A DNA stretch of 64,000 nt from Kiritimatiellia bacterium (GTDB lineage: Bacteria; Verrucomicrobiota; Kiritimatiellia; RFP12; JBMNHG01), in the NCBI GenBank assembly GCA_050950285.1, contig JBMNHG010000002.1:436296-500295 (forward strand), given 5' to 3'. The notes under the pieces are model-generated. The model worked only from the letters and a program-made list of their open reading frames with translations, was not told where the DNA came from and searched no databases. The first letter of the stretch is position 1. The number at the start of each line of letters is the position of its first letter. This document shows, piece by piece, positions 19,801-28,451 of the stretch. The translations under genes were made by a program, and so were the position numbers.

Positions 19801-20511
19801 CTCTCCTCGCACGCCGAAGTCGAACGGCTGTCGGAGGCCGAGCTGGAGCGTCTCCTCTCCGGAAGGGTCTTCGTCTTCCGCGAGGCGGCACTGGCCCTGA
19901 CGGAACGCGGCCGCGCGGACCTGCTCGGCGTGCGGATGGAGCCTTCGACGATCCGGTTCACGCAGGAACGCGCGAGCGACGGACTGAATCTGCCGGCGAC
20001 TTCCTCCCTGTCGGGCTCCGTGCGTCTGACGATGGAGACCGGCGCCGAGATGCTGTCCGAATTCGTGTTCGGCCTGGCGGGATGCGAAGGCGAACCGGTC
20101 TCGCCGGCCTCGGTCCTCTTCACGAACCGTCTGGGCGGACGCGTCGTGACGACGGCCTACACGCCCTGCGTCCATTACCTCGAACGCTTCAACGAGGCGC
20201 GCAAGTCCTGGTTCGTGCGATGTCTGGACCGTCTGTCCGACGGGCGGCCGCCGGTTGTCGCCGGCAACGATCAGGACGTGCTGCTTCTCGAACGCGGAAC
20301 GACCGATGCGCGTTACGTGCTGGCCGTCAATCTGAACCCCGAACCGATCGGGCGCCTGTCGCTCCGGCTGGAGGACGGCTGCCGCGTCCGGCGGCTGGAC
20401 GATGCCGGAATCTGGCGTCCCGTGGTTCAGACGCGCTGCGGCGTGTTCGCCGAACTGGATGTTCCGGTCGGGTTCTACGAGACCGTCGTCCTGAAGATCG
20501 ACGAATTGTAA
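16834..20511 (+). CDS. 1225-aa protein of two tandem homologous glycoside-hydrolase-like barrel modules
   Basis: CPRDPAF..WIDDDLR..GCFC in the first half and CPLDPGF..LTDDDIR..ECFC in the second; ATGA overlap with the upstream gene. Confidence 0.7.
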   Translation: MKISFPRASGLAAAASAAEPFMQIRFDSSQTDPDRWPAAREALKANPGCADEVWFSTGCGYPALDWHRRQSARCAAAAEDMRRLGIVPSLQIQMTVGHGDFPDLMTPARLEAKTWRGFTGSNGVVCVACSCPRDPAFLDYFEELSEIYAAWKPYCVWIDDDLRMTNHRPVSLWVTRQTDPYGCFCARCRGDYEKVKDRMSWREFSDRSLAAVAGRIAAAFCRISPGTRFGLQGCGDDARLVLAELERVSGHPVSYRSPGCYYYDWDDPRIKIRDALSTWRFVVNQGEEAWRRMDRVCTEIETAPRFFSCRGATSLVMQSMTTIALGMNSMSYFITSSREDPSLCRDRLYPALARTAPDMKAYAAANAGTVSCGFGLEENPTPWPWRLPFYGVPLVTGFSREIGRIVTLASGGQPPDGSVMEREIALARGVTSSVERVELPDGRRYAVLQTPFLDNSAVDMARFGEVQELFAWASHDRTPIVLRTPARVSVFPRTTPDGRLRTVLVQSAELDETPALVFRLNGLDPSADAVRWHETGGASGTALLDRRADGTFVTIPPIGCFGSIWFEVVSTRTLSTAPSYELHNIVPMWLGHEAEQASKAVDLAARTGVRLSLYSLSLHPEGRPAQAKADRLIDSYRAYARALKGTDVRVGVLVQSILGHWPRNDREIEPWTRTIDQDGRAVRFCPLDPGFGAYIDRVFTELACERPAFILTDDDIRAYSHGCECFCPRHVALFNARRGTSYDADGLRAAVATGKPGEADYDAFLALQREMIEEHVVGRIRRAIDAVDPTIPAGVCIAGEEHFFAGNLARRMAAKGQRPIMRCGTGCYFERLTGERFPPSVLRQLAFAEAFRGEGIGLLDEADTCPHNLWSKSSRAFFTHLATSAFAGYAGAKTWFVNAVKGSGVPVSRAYTDVLAGHRDFLSVLSDAVSGSAFRGLMAPCFTRPKNWHMTREHGEFFVEENVCTNLAVAFGVPMGVSRDFGSRENVFALSSHAEVERLSEAELERLLSGRVFVFREAALALTERGRADLLGVRMEPSTIRFTQERASDGLNLPATSSLSGSVRLTMETGAEMLSEFVFGLAGCEGEPVSPASVLFTNRLGGRVVTTAYTPCVHYLERFNEARKSWFVRCLDRLSDGRPPVVAGNDQDVLLLERGTTDARYVLAVNLNPEPIGRLSLRLEDGCRVRRLDDAGIWRPVVQTRCGVFAELDVPVGFYETVVLKIDEL

Positions 20512-20614
20512 AAGTCAGGCCATGCAAAAACCATTCGGAGGTGAGGGCATTCGCCAACGGTCAAGCGAAGAATCCACGGGAGGCGGAATATGAAACAGGC
20601 AATAGCAGTCCTTA

Positions 20615-20764
20615 CTAACCCGGCCACAATTCATACTGCAAAACAGGGGCATGGGTTTTCCAACCCGTGACACGGACAGGAATGTCCGTGCCCCTTCCCC
20701 AACTCCCAATTCCAGCTCCCAATCTCTAAATCTCCGTTCTCAGCGCTATTTGTGGCCGGGTTAG
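20615..20764 (-). mobile_element. 150-bp MITE-like element, copy 2 (perfect 15-bp TIRs CTAACCCGGCCACAA, TA flanks)
   Basis: Reverse complement aligns ungapped to 11506-11655, with about 10 substitutions by manual alignment. Confidence 0.88.
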
Positions 20765-20766
20765 TA

Positions 20767-20952
20767 CGCTTCACGATGTCTTCGACTTCGATTGCTTCAC
20801 GACAAACCAAACCGCGGTCGAGTCGAGATCTGCCACGATGATCCAGAGTGGTTTTGGGAACAGAAAGCGTTGCCAATGCAGGACAAGTCGGTCTTGTGGA
20901 GGTCGAGGTTGATGGCGACGTTGAAATCAATGGAAAGACGATTACCCCATGA
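20767..20952 (+). pseudogene. Possible frameshifted 3' remnant of a large protein gene
   Basis: LHDVFDFDCFTTNQTAVESRSATMIQSGF, then after a frame change at GGTTTTGGGA: GTESVANAGQVGLVEVEVDGDVEINGKTITP*; the stop overlaps the next ATG (ATGA). Confidence 0.35.
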
Positions 20953-21857
20953 CACGATATCCCCAAATACCCGCAATGCTTATTCTGGTGCTGTCGGCTG
21001 TGACGGTCTCTGCGGCAGGGGCGTCCGATCACGGCACGATTTCAACCGCTACGATTGCCTCAGATGCCTATGCCATCCTTGCGGACATTCCCAACAAGGG
21101 CTTTGAAGAAAGCAGGGCGGGACTTCAAGAGATCATTGCGCAGCGGCAAGTTTTGGAGCGAAGCGATGATCCGCTTCAGCGGCAGTTGGCACTTATTCTC
21201 GCGGACGCTGTAGCGCATGTGATCGCAAGCGAAATTCGAAACACTGAAATGCAACGTATGGGCGCGGTCCAATCCTCGATCCATATGAGACCGCCATCTC
21301 CTAGGAATGTGGTGGTCCCGTTGTGGGAAGAGAATGATCTAGATGCAAAATCGGCGGTTCGCGCCTGTTCCCATGCGTCCGGTGATATTGTCAGGTTCGC
21401 CTTTCAAAACAGTTCCGAGGATGAAATCCTCGACGGGCGAATGATCCAGAAGGCTTCCGGCGATATCCTTCCCCGTATCAGAGAGCTACAGAGAAATGCC
21501 CGTGAATATCGAGGCATTGGCCGTGCGCCAAGTGCTGACGAGTTGCTAATGCAGACTCTGGTGACGGCCCAGGCGTTCCGTGATCTACGTGTCATTGTTG
21601 ATCTGTTTGAAAACGGGGAGCTTTCGCAGGACAGAGCCATTCTGCAAAGCGCGATCGATGAGGCATTGTCGCAGACCCGGAAACGACGCATGGACGACGG
21701 GATGAAGGAGACTTCCTCGAAAGTGCTTTCGACATTTGGACGCTACTGCTTGCCAGATCCTGATGCCTATCGGCTCAAGATGGCGCTTCTTCTTGGACCC
21801 TACATGACGGATAGGGATGCGTTGCCAGAGGCGGCGAAACGTATCTTTCAAGAATAG
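20949..21857 (+). CDS. Hypothetical secreted, mostly helical protein (AT-richer, likely acquired)
   Basis: 302-aa ORF with signal-peptide-like N-terminus (LILVLSAVTVSA-A); no family recognised. Confidence 0.65.
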   Translation: MTRYPQIPAMLILVLSAVTVSAAGASDHGTISTATIASDAYAILADIPNKGFEESRAGLQEIIAQRQVLERSDDPLQRQLALILADAVAHVIASEIRNTEMQRMGAVQSSIHMRPPSPRNVVVPLWEENDLDAKSAVRACSHASGDIVRFAFQNSSEDEILDGRMIQKASGDILPRIRELQRNAREYRGIGRAPSADELLMQTLVTAQAFRDLRVIVDLFENGELSQDRAILQSAIDEALSQTRKRRMDDGMKETSSKVLSTFGRYCLPDPDAYRLKMALLLGPYMTDRDALPEAAKRIFQE

Positions 21858-22126
21858 GCCATGCCGAGAGACTGGCAGAACAAAGGACGAGAAACCAGTG
21901 AGGAAGAATGCGGTTGGACGGGGCGGTGGTGAAATAGGGGACGGCAAAGCAGTTGTGAATGACGTTATGAAAGCTCAAGGCCTATCGAGCATAAATGGCA
22001 GACGAAAGGGTACAGGGGGAAATGTGTCTGGGCGACCATGATTCGTGCAGTGCGGCTGTCCTCTGGACCGGACCGGATCCCGAAACTCCCACCTCTCGAA
22101 CGCCTATTCCAGCCAGGAATACATCA

Positions 22127-22330
22127 TGATCGATGGCACCATAGCCAAGTCCGGCGGCGGGCCGGGGGCACCGCCGCCCTTCCGCGTCACCGTTCCGTCG
22201 GTCGACGTCGACTGGGCGGGCTTTGCCGGTCCGGCGGACGAAAACGGGGAGGAGGCGCGCTTCGTCGTCGTACCGCTCAACACCAACAAGGCGGACGACA
22301 TCCGCAGGATCAAGCTCCACGACCCCTCCG
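22127..22330 (+). pseudogene. Possible internal fragment of a large modular protein
   Basis: High-GC codon-biased stretch FRVTVPSVDVDWAGFAGPADENGEEARFVVVPLNTNKADD with no convincing termini. Confidence 0.35.
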
Positions 22331-22447
22331 ACGACGACCAACGAAACGGCCGCCCCTGGATTACGCCGTCATTCCACGTCGCGTCCGGTCGCCACGCACA
22401 AAAACGATTGGAGGATCCGGTGAGCCGTGGTACGCTATCCACGCATT

Positions 22448-22993
22448 ATGCATGGATCATCCCACACGTTCTCGCGACGGTCCGGGCAGGCCCTGGTCGA
22501 ACTGGCGGTCGGGCTGCTGGTGATTGTCCTGTTGACGACCGGCATCATCGGCTTCGTTCAGCTTTCGGGCGCCAAGGGGGAGACCCTTGCCGAGGCCCGT
22601 GCGGAAGCGGGACGCAAGGCCGCGTCGGGCGGTCTGGCCGTCTCTCAGTCCCCCGACTTCTTCCGTGACTGGGAGGAAGGCGCGGACGGGCTCCGCCACA
22701 CGGCGGACGATACGAAGCAGCGCGATTCCGCCTCCCGTCTCCAGAACCTGGCGGGGCAGAGCGTTCCCGACGAATCGCAATGGGCGCTCCTCGAGTCCCG
22801 CCGCCACTCGTCCATGGCCCGCCTGGGGCGTGGCACCTTCCCGATGGGCGCGCTTTCGATGGTCCACGCCGAAGAAGCGCGCACCGTCGAGCTCTCCCCC
22901 GCCATGCGCGATTGGATCGTCGGCAAGGATTCCATCACCGTGGCCTCGGACGTCTGGCTCCCCCGTTTGGAACTGGGCGGATTCGACGACTGA
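22448..22993 (+). CDS. TadE/TadG-like prepilin (class III signal)
   Basis: RRSG|QALVELAVGLLVIVLL: G at -1, E at +5, then a hydrophobic helix. Confidence 0.75.
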   Translation: MHGSSHTFSRRSGQALVELAVGLLVIVLLTTGIIGFVQLSGAKGETLAEARAEAGRKAASGGLAVSQSPDFFRDWEEGADGLRHTADDTKQRDSASRLQNLAGQSVPDESQWALLESRRHSSMARLGRGTFPMGALSMVHAEEARTVELSPAMRDWIVGKDSITVASDVWLPRLELGGFDD

Positions 22994-23024
22994 TCCCGCC
23001 TGGACATTTCTCCGGATTCCACCC

Positions 23025-24845
23025 ATGGACGCCTCCGCTCCCCCTCCCCGCGCGACTCCCGCAGAACACGCCGCCATGGATTGGCGGAATCTCGCCGCCG
23101 GGCTTCCCATCCCGTCGTCGGGCTACTGCGACCAGCCGTACATCGTGAAAACGGAGGACGGCGCCTGGCTTTGCTGCCTCACGACGGGCCCCGGCGAAGA
23201 AGGCGCGCGCGGCCAGCACGTGGCCACGATGCGCAGCACCGATCGCGGGCGCACCTGGTCGGCCCCCGTCGCCGTCGAGCCGGGCGAGTCCCGCGAAAAC
23301 TCCTACGCGGTGATGCTGAAGGGCGCGGGCAACCGCGTCTTCATCTTCTACAACTTCAACAGGGACGATCTCCGCGAGATTTGCAGCCATGACCGCACGA
23401 AGACCTTCCAACGCGTGGACAGCCTGGGCGCATTCGTCTTCAAAACGAGCGACGACGGCGGTCGCACCTGGTCCTCCGGCCGCCACGCCATTCCAGTCCG
23501 CGCCTTCCGATGCGACCTGGAGAACGTCTACGGCGGCGACGTCCGCTTCTTCTGGAACGTGGGCCGGCCCTTCGTGAAAGACGGTGCCGCGCATGTGCCG
23601 CTCATCAAGGTGGGCCGCATGGGGCGCGGGTTCTTCGAGCAGTCCGAAGGGGTGTTGCTCCGCAGTCCGGATCTGCTCGCGGCGGACGACCCCGCCGCCG
23701 CCTGGGAGACGCTCCCCGACGGCGACGTCGGCCTGCGCGCCCCCGCCGGCGGCGGCCCCATCTCGGAGGAGCAGAGCTATTCCCTGCTTTCCGACGGCTC
23801 GCTCTACGCCACCTGGCGCACCCTGGCCGGACGCCCCGCGGAGGCCTACAGCCGGGATGGCGGCCGCACCTGGAGCCCCGCCCGCTGGCGTCGCTACGCG
23901 GACGGGCGCGAGATGAAGCATCCGCGTGCGGCCGCCTTCGCCTGGCGTCGCTCCAACGGCCGCTTCCTCAGCTGGTTCCACAATCACGGCGGCCCCCTCC
24001 AGCTGGAGCACCGCGACAACGCCGACGGCTTCGCCTATCAGGGGCGCAACCCCGTCTGGGTGTGTGTCGGGCGCGAAATCCCGGCGCCCGATGGGCTGGA
24101 GATCGCCTGGTCGCAACCGGAAATCCTGCTGTATGACGTCGATCCAACGGAACGGATCAGCTACCCCGACCTCGTCGAAGACGACGGGCGCACATACGTC
24201 ACCGAAACGCAGAAGACCCTCGCGCGGCTCCACGAGATTCCCGCGGATTTCCTCCGCGCGATGGACGACGCGCTCGACCTGTCGCTCGGCCTCGCCGACG
24301 CGCCCGGCGCCGCGCTCGAAGCGCTCCTCGCGCAACCGCCGCTGCTGGCGGGCGGAGCCGGCCCCGCATCCCATCCCCTCCCCCGCATCGACGGAACGGG
24401 GCTGTCGCTCGAAATCCGCATCGACCCCGCGCGCATCGACCCCGGCGCGCTCCTGCTCGGGAACCTGGACGAGGCGGGGAACGGCTTTGCGGCGCGCATC
24501 TCGCCCGAAGGAGACCGCGCCGTCATCGCCTTCCAAGACGAAGGCGGGCCGTTCGCCTGGGCCAGCGATCCCATCCCCCGAAACGGCGCGCCGTTTTTCC
24601 TGGTGGCGAACCTCGACCTGGGGCCGCGAATCGCGAGCTTCCTGACGAACGGCCTCTTCTGCGACGGCGCCGCCGACCGCGAGTACGGCTGGGCCCGCTT
24701 CCGGACGGCGCGCCCCGAATGGAACGGGGCGCCCGAGCTCCACGTGGGCGCAAGCGTCCTCTCCTTCCGCCTCCGCGACCGCCCCCTGCTCTCCGCCGAA
24801 GCCCTCTTCCAGCCCTGGAACGACTCTTCGTCCCCCCACCCATAA
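23025..24845 (+). CDS. BNR/Asp-box beta-propeller (sialidase-like) with C-terminal LamG/ConA-like domain
   Basis: STDRGRTW, SDDGGRTW and SRDGGRTW Asp-boxes; KHPR, RNPVW, ISYPD. Confidence 0.8.
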   Translation: MDASAPPPRATPAEHAAMDWRNLAAGLPIPSSGYCDQPYIVKTEDGAWLCCLTTGPGEEGARGQHVATMRSTDRGRTWSAPVAVEPGESRENSYAVMLKGAGNRVFIFYNFNRDDLREICSHDRTKTFQRVDSLGAFVFKTSDDGGRTWSSGRHAIPVRAFRCDLENVYGGDVRFFWNVGRPFVKDGAAHVPLIKVGRMGRGFFEQSEGVLLRSPDLLAADDPAAAWETLPDGDVGLRAPAGGGPISEEQSYSLLSDGSLYATWRTLAGRPAEAYSRDGGRTWSPARWRRYADGREMKHPRAAAFAWRRSNGRFLSWFHNHGGPLQLEHRDNADGFAYQGRNPVWVCVGREIPAPDGLEIAWSQPEILLYDVDPTERISYPDLVEDDGRTYVTETQKTLARLHEIPADFLRAMDDALDLSLGLADAPGAALEALLAQPPLLAGGAGPASHPLPRIDGTGLSLEIRIDPARIDPGALLLGNLDEAGNGFAARISPEGDRAVIAFQDEGGPFAWASDPIPRNGAPFFLVANLDLGPRIASFLTNGLFCDGAADREYGWARFRTARPEWNGAPELHVGASVLSFRLRDRPLLSAEALFQPWNDSSSPHP

Positions 24846-24861
24846 TCCCAAGGAAACCCGC

Positions 24862-25578
24862 ATGCCGACCCTCCTGACCATCCCCTCCTACGACGAAATG
24901 TCGCGCCAGGCCGCCGACCTCGTCGCGGACGTCGTCCGCGCCAAACCCGGCGCCGTCCTCGGACTGGCCACCGGCTCCACGCCCATCGGAACCTACAAAC
25001 ACCTCGTCCGCATGGTCCGCGAAGGGACGCTCGACCTGTCGCGCGTGACCACCGTGAACCTGGACGAATACGTGGGGCTTCCGCCGTCCCATCCCCAGAG
25101 CTACCGCTACTTCATGGAGCGACACCTCTTCCGCCCCGCGAACCTGGCCCCGGAACAAACCTTCCTCCCGGACGGCATGGCGTCCGACCCCGAGGCCGAA
25201 GGACGCCGCTACGACGCGCTCATCGAGTCGCTCGGCGGCATCGACCTCCAGCTGCTCGGCATCGGGTTCGACGGGCACATCGGCTTCAACGAGCCGTGCG
25301 ACGAGTTCGTCAAGGCCACCCATCCCGTCGACCTCGACCCCTCCACCATCCGCGCCAACGCCCGCTTCTTCGCAAGCGAGGCGGAGGTCCCGCGGCGCGC
25401 CATCACGATGGGAATCGGCGCGATTCTCGCGGCGCGCCGCGTCCTGCTCCTCGCCTGCGGGGAAGGCAAGCGCGCCATCTTCGACGCCGCCGTCTACGGC
25501 CCCATCACCCCGCGCCTCCCCGCCTCGATCCTCCAGCTCCATCCGGACGCGACCTTCCTCTTCTCCCCCGGCACCTGA
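24862..25578 (+). CDS. nagB: Glucosamine-6-phosphate deaminase
   Basis: LGLATGSTP, NLDEYVGL, LLGIGFDGHIGFNEP, AITMGI, PASILQLH. Confidence 0.96.
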   Translation: MPTLLTIPSYDEMSRQAADLVADVVRAKPGAVLGLATGSTPIGTYKHLVRMVREGTLDLSRVTTVNLDEYVGLPPSHPQSYRYFMERHLFRPANLAPEQTFLPDGMASDPEAEGRRYDALIESLGGIDLQLLGIGFDGHIGFNEPCDEFVKATHPVDLDPSTIRANARFFASEAEVPRRAITMGIGAILAARRVLLLACGEGKRAIFDAAVYGPITPRLPASILQLHPDATFLFSPGT

Positions 25579-25604
25579 CGGAACCCTCCACCCCCCTGCA
25601 CGGC

Positions 25605-27704
25605 ATGAAACTCCATCTCGGCATCGACATCGGCGGCACGAACGTCGTGGCCGGCATCGTCGCGGAAGACGGACGCATCCTCCGGAAGGAGTCCTTCGCG
25701 ACGCGCGCCCCGCGCGACGCCGCCTCGCTATGCGACGACATGGCGGACGCCTGCCGGCGCCTCGCTTCCGCCGAGGGCGCCCCCCTCGCCGCCTTCCGCA
25801 AAATCGGCGTGGGCTGCCCGGGGCTCCTCTCCGGCGGCACGGTGAACCTCGCCACCAACCTCGGCTTCCGCAACGTGCCCCTCGCCTCGCTCCTGACGGA
25901 ACGGACGGGCCTCCCCACCTTTGTCCTGAACGACGCCAACGCCGCCGCGTACGGCGAACTCGTGGCGGGATGCGGGCGCGGCGCAAGCTCGCTGGTCGCC
26001 GTCACGATCGGGACCGGCATCGGAGGCGGCATCATGATCCGCCGCCGCATCTACGAAGGGTTCAACGGGCAAGGCGCGGAGGTCGGCCACATGGTCGTGG
26101 AGCCGGACGGCCGCCCCTGCTCGTGCGGCTACCGGGGATGCTTCGAGGCCTACTGCTCCGCCACCGCGCTCGTCCGCGACACCCGCGAGGCCATGGCCCT
26201 CCATCTCGACAGCGCGATGTGGGAGTTGTGCGGCGGCGACCTGCGGAAGGTCGACGGCCGCACCGCCTTCGAAGGGATGCGGCGCGGCGATGACGCCGCC
26301 CGCGCCGTGGTCGATTCCTTCATCCAGCACCTCTCCCGCGGCATCTCCAACCTCGTCATCCTCCTCCAGCCCGAAGTCCTCTGCATCGGGGGAAGCATCA
26401 GCGCAGAGGGCGAAACGCTGCTGGCGCCGCTCCGCGAGCTGGTCGCCCGCAGGACGCTTTTCACGGAGGGGGACAAGGCCACCCGCATCGTCGCCGCGGA
26501 ACTCGCGGGCGATGCCGGGCTCATCGGCGCCGCGCTCGCCCCCGCATTCTCGGAAACCAACGACGCCGCCACGCCCCACCCCGACGGGGACGGCTCCGGC
26601 GAACCCGGCCATCCGCCCATCCGCCTTGGCGAAACCGATGCCCTGGTCTCCGGCGTCCTCGTCGACGGCCGCACCTGCGACATCCACGTCTCCAACGGCG
26701 TCATCCTCTCCATCGTCCCGTCCGCCGGGCCCTCCTGCGGCCTCGCCGCGATTCCGGGACTGGTCGACATCCACATCCACGGCGCCGGGGGAAACGACGC
26801 CATGGACGCCGATTTCGCGCCTCTCTCGCGCTTCCTCGCAAGCCAGGGGACGACCTCCTGGATGCCCACGACCATGACCGCGTCCCCCGAGGCCCTGCGG
26901 CGCGTCGCCGGGGCGTCGTGGGACGTGCCCGGCGCGCGGATCGTCGGACTCCACCTGGAAGGTCCGTTCCTTTCGCCCGCCCGGGCGGGCGCCCAGGACG
27001 CCGCCTTCCTCCGGAAGCCCGACCTCGACGAAGTCCGGTCGCTCCCCGGCGTGAAGCTCGTCACCGTCGCACCCGAGACCGAAGGCGCGCTCGACTTCAT
27101 CCGCTCGCTCTCCGGCGAAGCCGCCGTGGCGATCGGCCACACGGACTGCGACTACGACCTCGCCTGCCGGGCCTTCGACGCCGGGGCAACGCAGCTCGCC
27201 CACATCTGGAACGTGATGCCTCCCCTGCTCCATCGCGCGCCGGGCCCCATCGGCGCCGCCCTCGTGAAGGATGCGTCCGTCCAGCTCATCGCCGATGGCG
27301 TGCACGTCCATCCGGCGGTCGTGCTGGCCACCTGGCGGATGTTCGGGCCCGGACGCGTCGCGCTCGTGAGCGACAGCATCCGCCCGGGCGGCCTCGCCGA
27401 CGGCGACTACGTCTGCGGCGGGCTGCCCGTGCGGCTCGAACACGGCGTGGCGCGCCTCCGGGACGGCGGCGCACTGGCCGGCGGATCGCTGACGCTGTGG
27501 CAATGCGTGCGGCAGGCCGTCTCCTTCGGCATCCCCTTCGACGATGCCGTCCGCATGGCCACGCGGACGCCCGCGAATCTCATCGGCCGCTCCGACCTCG
27601 GCAGGCTCGCGCCCGGCGCCACCGCCGATTTCCTCCTGGTGGACCGCGAGCGCATGGAACTCCGCGCCGTCTACATCGGCGGCGTGCCGTGGGGGAAGGA
27701 GTAG
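25605..27704 (+). CDS. ROK-family sugar kinase fused to N-acetylglucosamine-6-phosphate deacetylase (NagA)
   Basis: GIDIGGT, NDANAAAYGE, GTGIGGG, EVGH, CSCGYRGCFE (ROK); linker; then PGLVDIHIHG, LHLEGPF, GHT, HIWNVM, ADGVHVHP, VSD, LAGG, TPA (NagA) in one frame. Confidence 0.9.
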   Translation: MKLHLGIDIGGTNVVAGIVAEDGRILRKESFATRAPRDAASLCDDMADACRRLASAEGAPLAAFRKIGVGCPGLLSGGTVNLATNLGFRNVPLASLLTERTGLPTFVLNDANAAAYGELVAGCGRGASSLVAVTIGTGIGGGIMIRRRIYEGFNGQGAEVGHMVVEPDGRPCSCGYRGCFEAYCSATALVRDTREAMALHLDSAMWELCGGDLRKVDGRTAFEGMRRGDDAARAVVDSFIQHLSRGISNLVILLQPEVLCIGGSISAEGETLLAPLRELVARRTLFTEGDKATRIVAAELAGDAGLIGAALAPAFSETNDAATPHPDGDGSGEPGHPPIRLGETDALVSGVLVDGRTCDIHVSNGVILSIVPSAGPSCGLAAIPGLVDIHIHGAGGNDAMDADFAPLSRFLASQGTTSWMPTTMTASPEALRRVAGASWDVPGARIVGLHLEGPFLSPARAGAQDAAFLRKPDLDEVRSLPGVKLVTVAPETEGALDFIRSLSGEAAVAIGHTDCDYDLACRAFDAGATQLAHIWNVMPPLLHRAPGPIGAALVKDASVQLIADGVHVHPAVVLATWRMFGPGRVALVSDSIRPGGLADGDYVCGGLPVRLEHGVARLRDGGALAGGSLTLWQCVRQAVSFGIPFDDAVRMATRTPANLIGRSDLGRLAPGATADFLLVDRERMELRAVYIGGVPWGKE

Positions 27705-27708
27705 GCCC

Positions 27709-28340
27709 ATGGCCGCGAAAGCCAGCGCCCCTCCCGGGCGGATCGGACTCTTCGGCGGATCCTTCGACCCCATCCACAACGGCCACCTGCGCGCGGCGGA
27801 ACACCTCCGCGACGCCCTGGCGCTGGATCGCGTCCTCCTCCTCCCCGCGGCGCGATCGCCCTTCAAACGGCACCGGGACGCCGCCACCGCGGAAGACCGC
27901 CTCGCCATGGTGCGCCTGGCGATCGACGGGAAACGCGGCCTGGAGGCGAGCGACATCGATCTCCAGCGCCCCGGGCCGACCTACGCGATCGACACGGTCC
28001 GTCTCGTGCAGGAGCGGTTCCCCGACGCGGAACTCTTCTTCCTCGCAGGAATGGATTGCCTGCGCGGCCTTCATGGCTGGCATCGCGTGGAAGAACTGCT
28101 CGCGGCATGCCGCTTCACCTTCGTCACCCGCCCCGGCTTCGCGCTTCCGCCGGCGGACGATCCGGAGTGGGGGTTGCCGCCCCCCTGGCCCGCCCGCCTC
28201 CGCGCCCAATCCGTTCCGGGCCTGGAAGTCGACATCTCGTCCTCCGCCATCCGCGACCGCTGCCGAACGGGCCAATCCCTGCAAGGCCTCGTCCCGGGCG
28301 CGTCGAAGCCTACCTCCAAAAACACTCCCTGTATCGCTGA
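27709..28340 (+). CDS. nadD: Nicotinate-nucleotide adenylyltransferase with an apparent 1-nt deletion near the 3' end
   Basis: GLFGGSFDPIHNGH, GMD, ISSSAIR; the canonical tail VEAYLQKHSLYR* lies in another frame after LVPG (about 28300). Confidence 0.88.
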
Positions 28341-28411
28341 AGGGTTCCCCGCAGCCCGCCGTTTCCCCCCGCCAGACTCACGCGCGGATCCCGCAACCCG
28401 AAATTCCACGA

Positions 28412-28440
28412 TTCCATTTTCTCCTCTCCTCTGCCATAAT
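28412..28440 (+). promoter_or_regulatory. Putative extended -10 promoter for the aminotransferase
   Basis: TTCCAT-N17-CATAAT with TG at 28432-28433, 11 nt before the ATG. Confidence 0.5.
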
Positions 28441-28451
28441 GACGGTACCCC

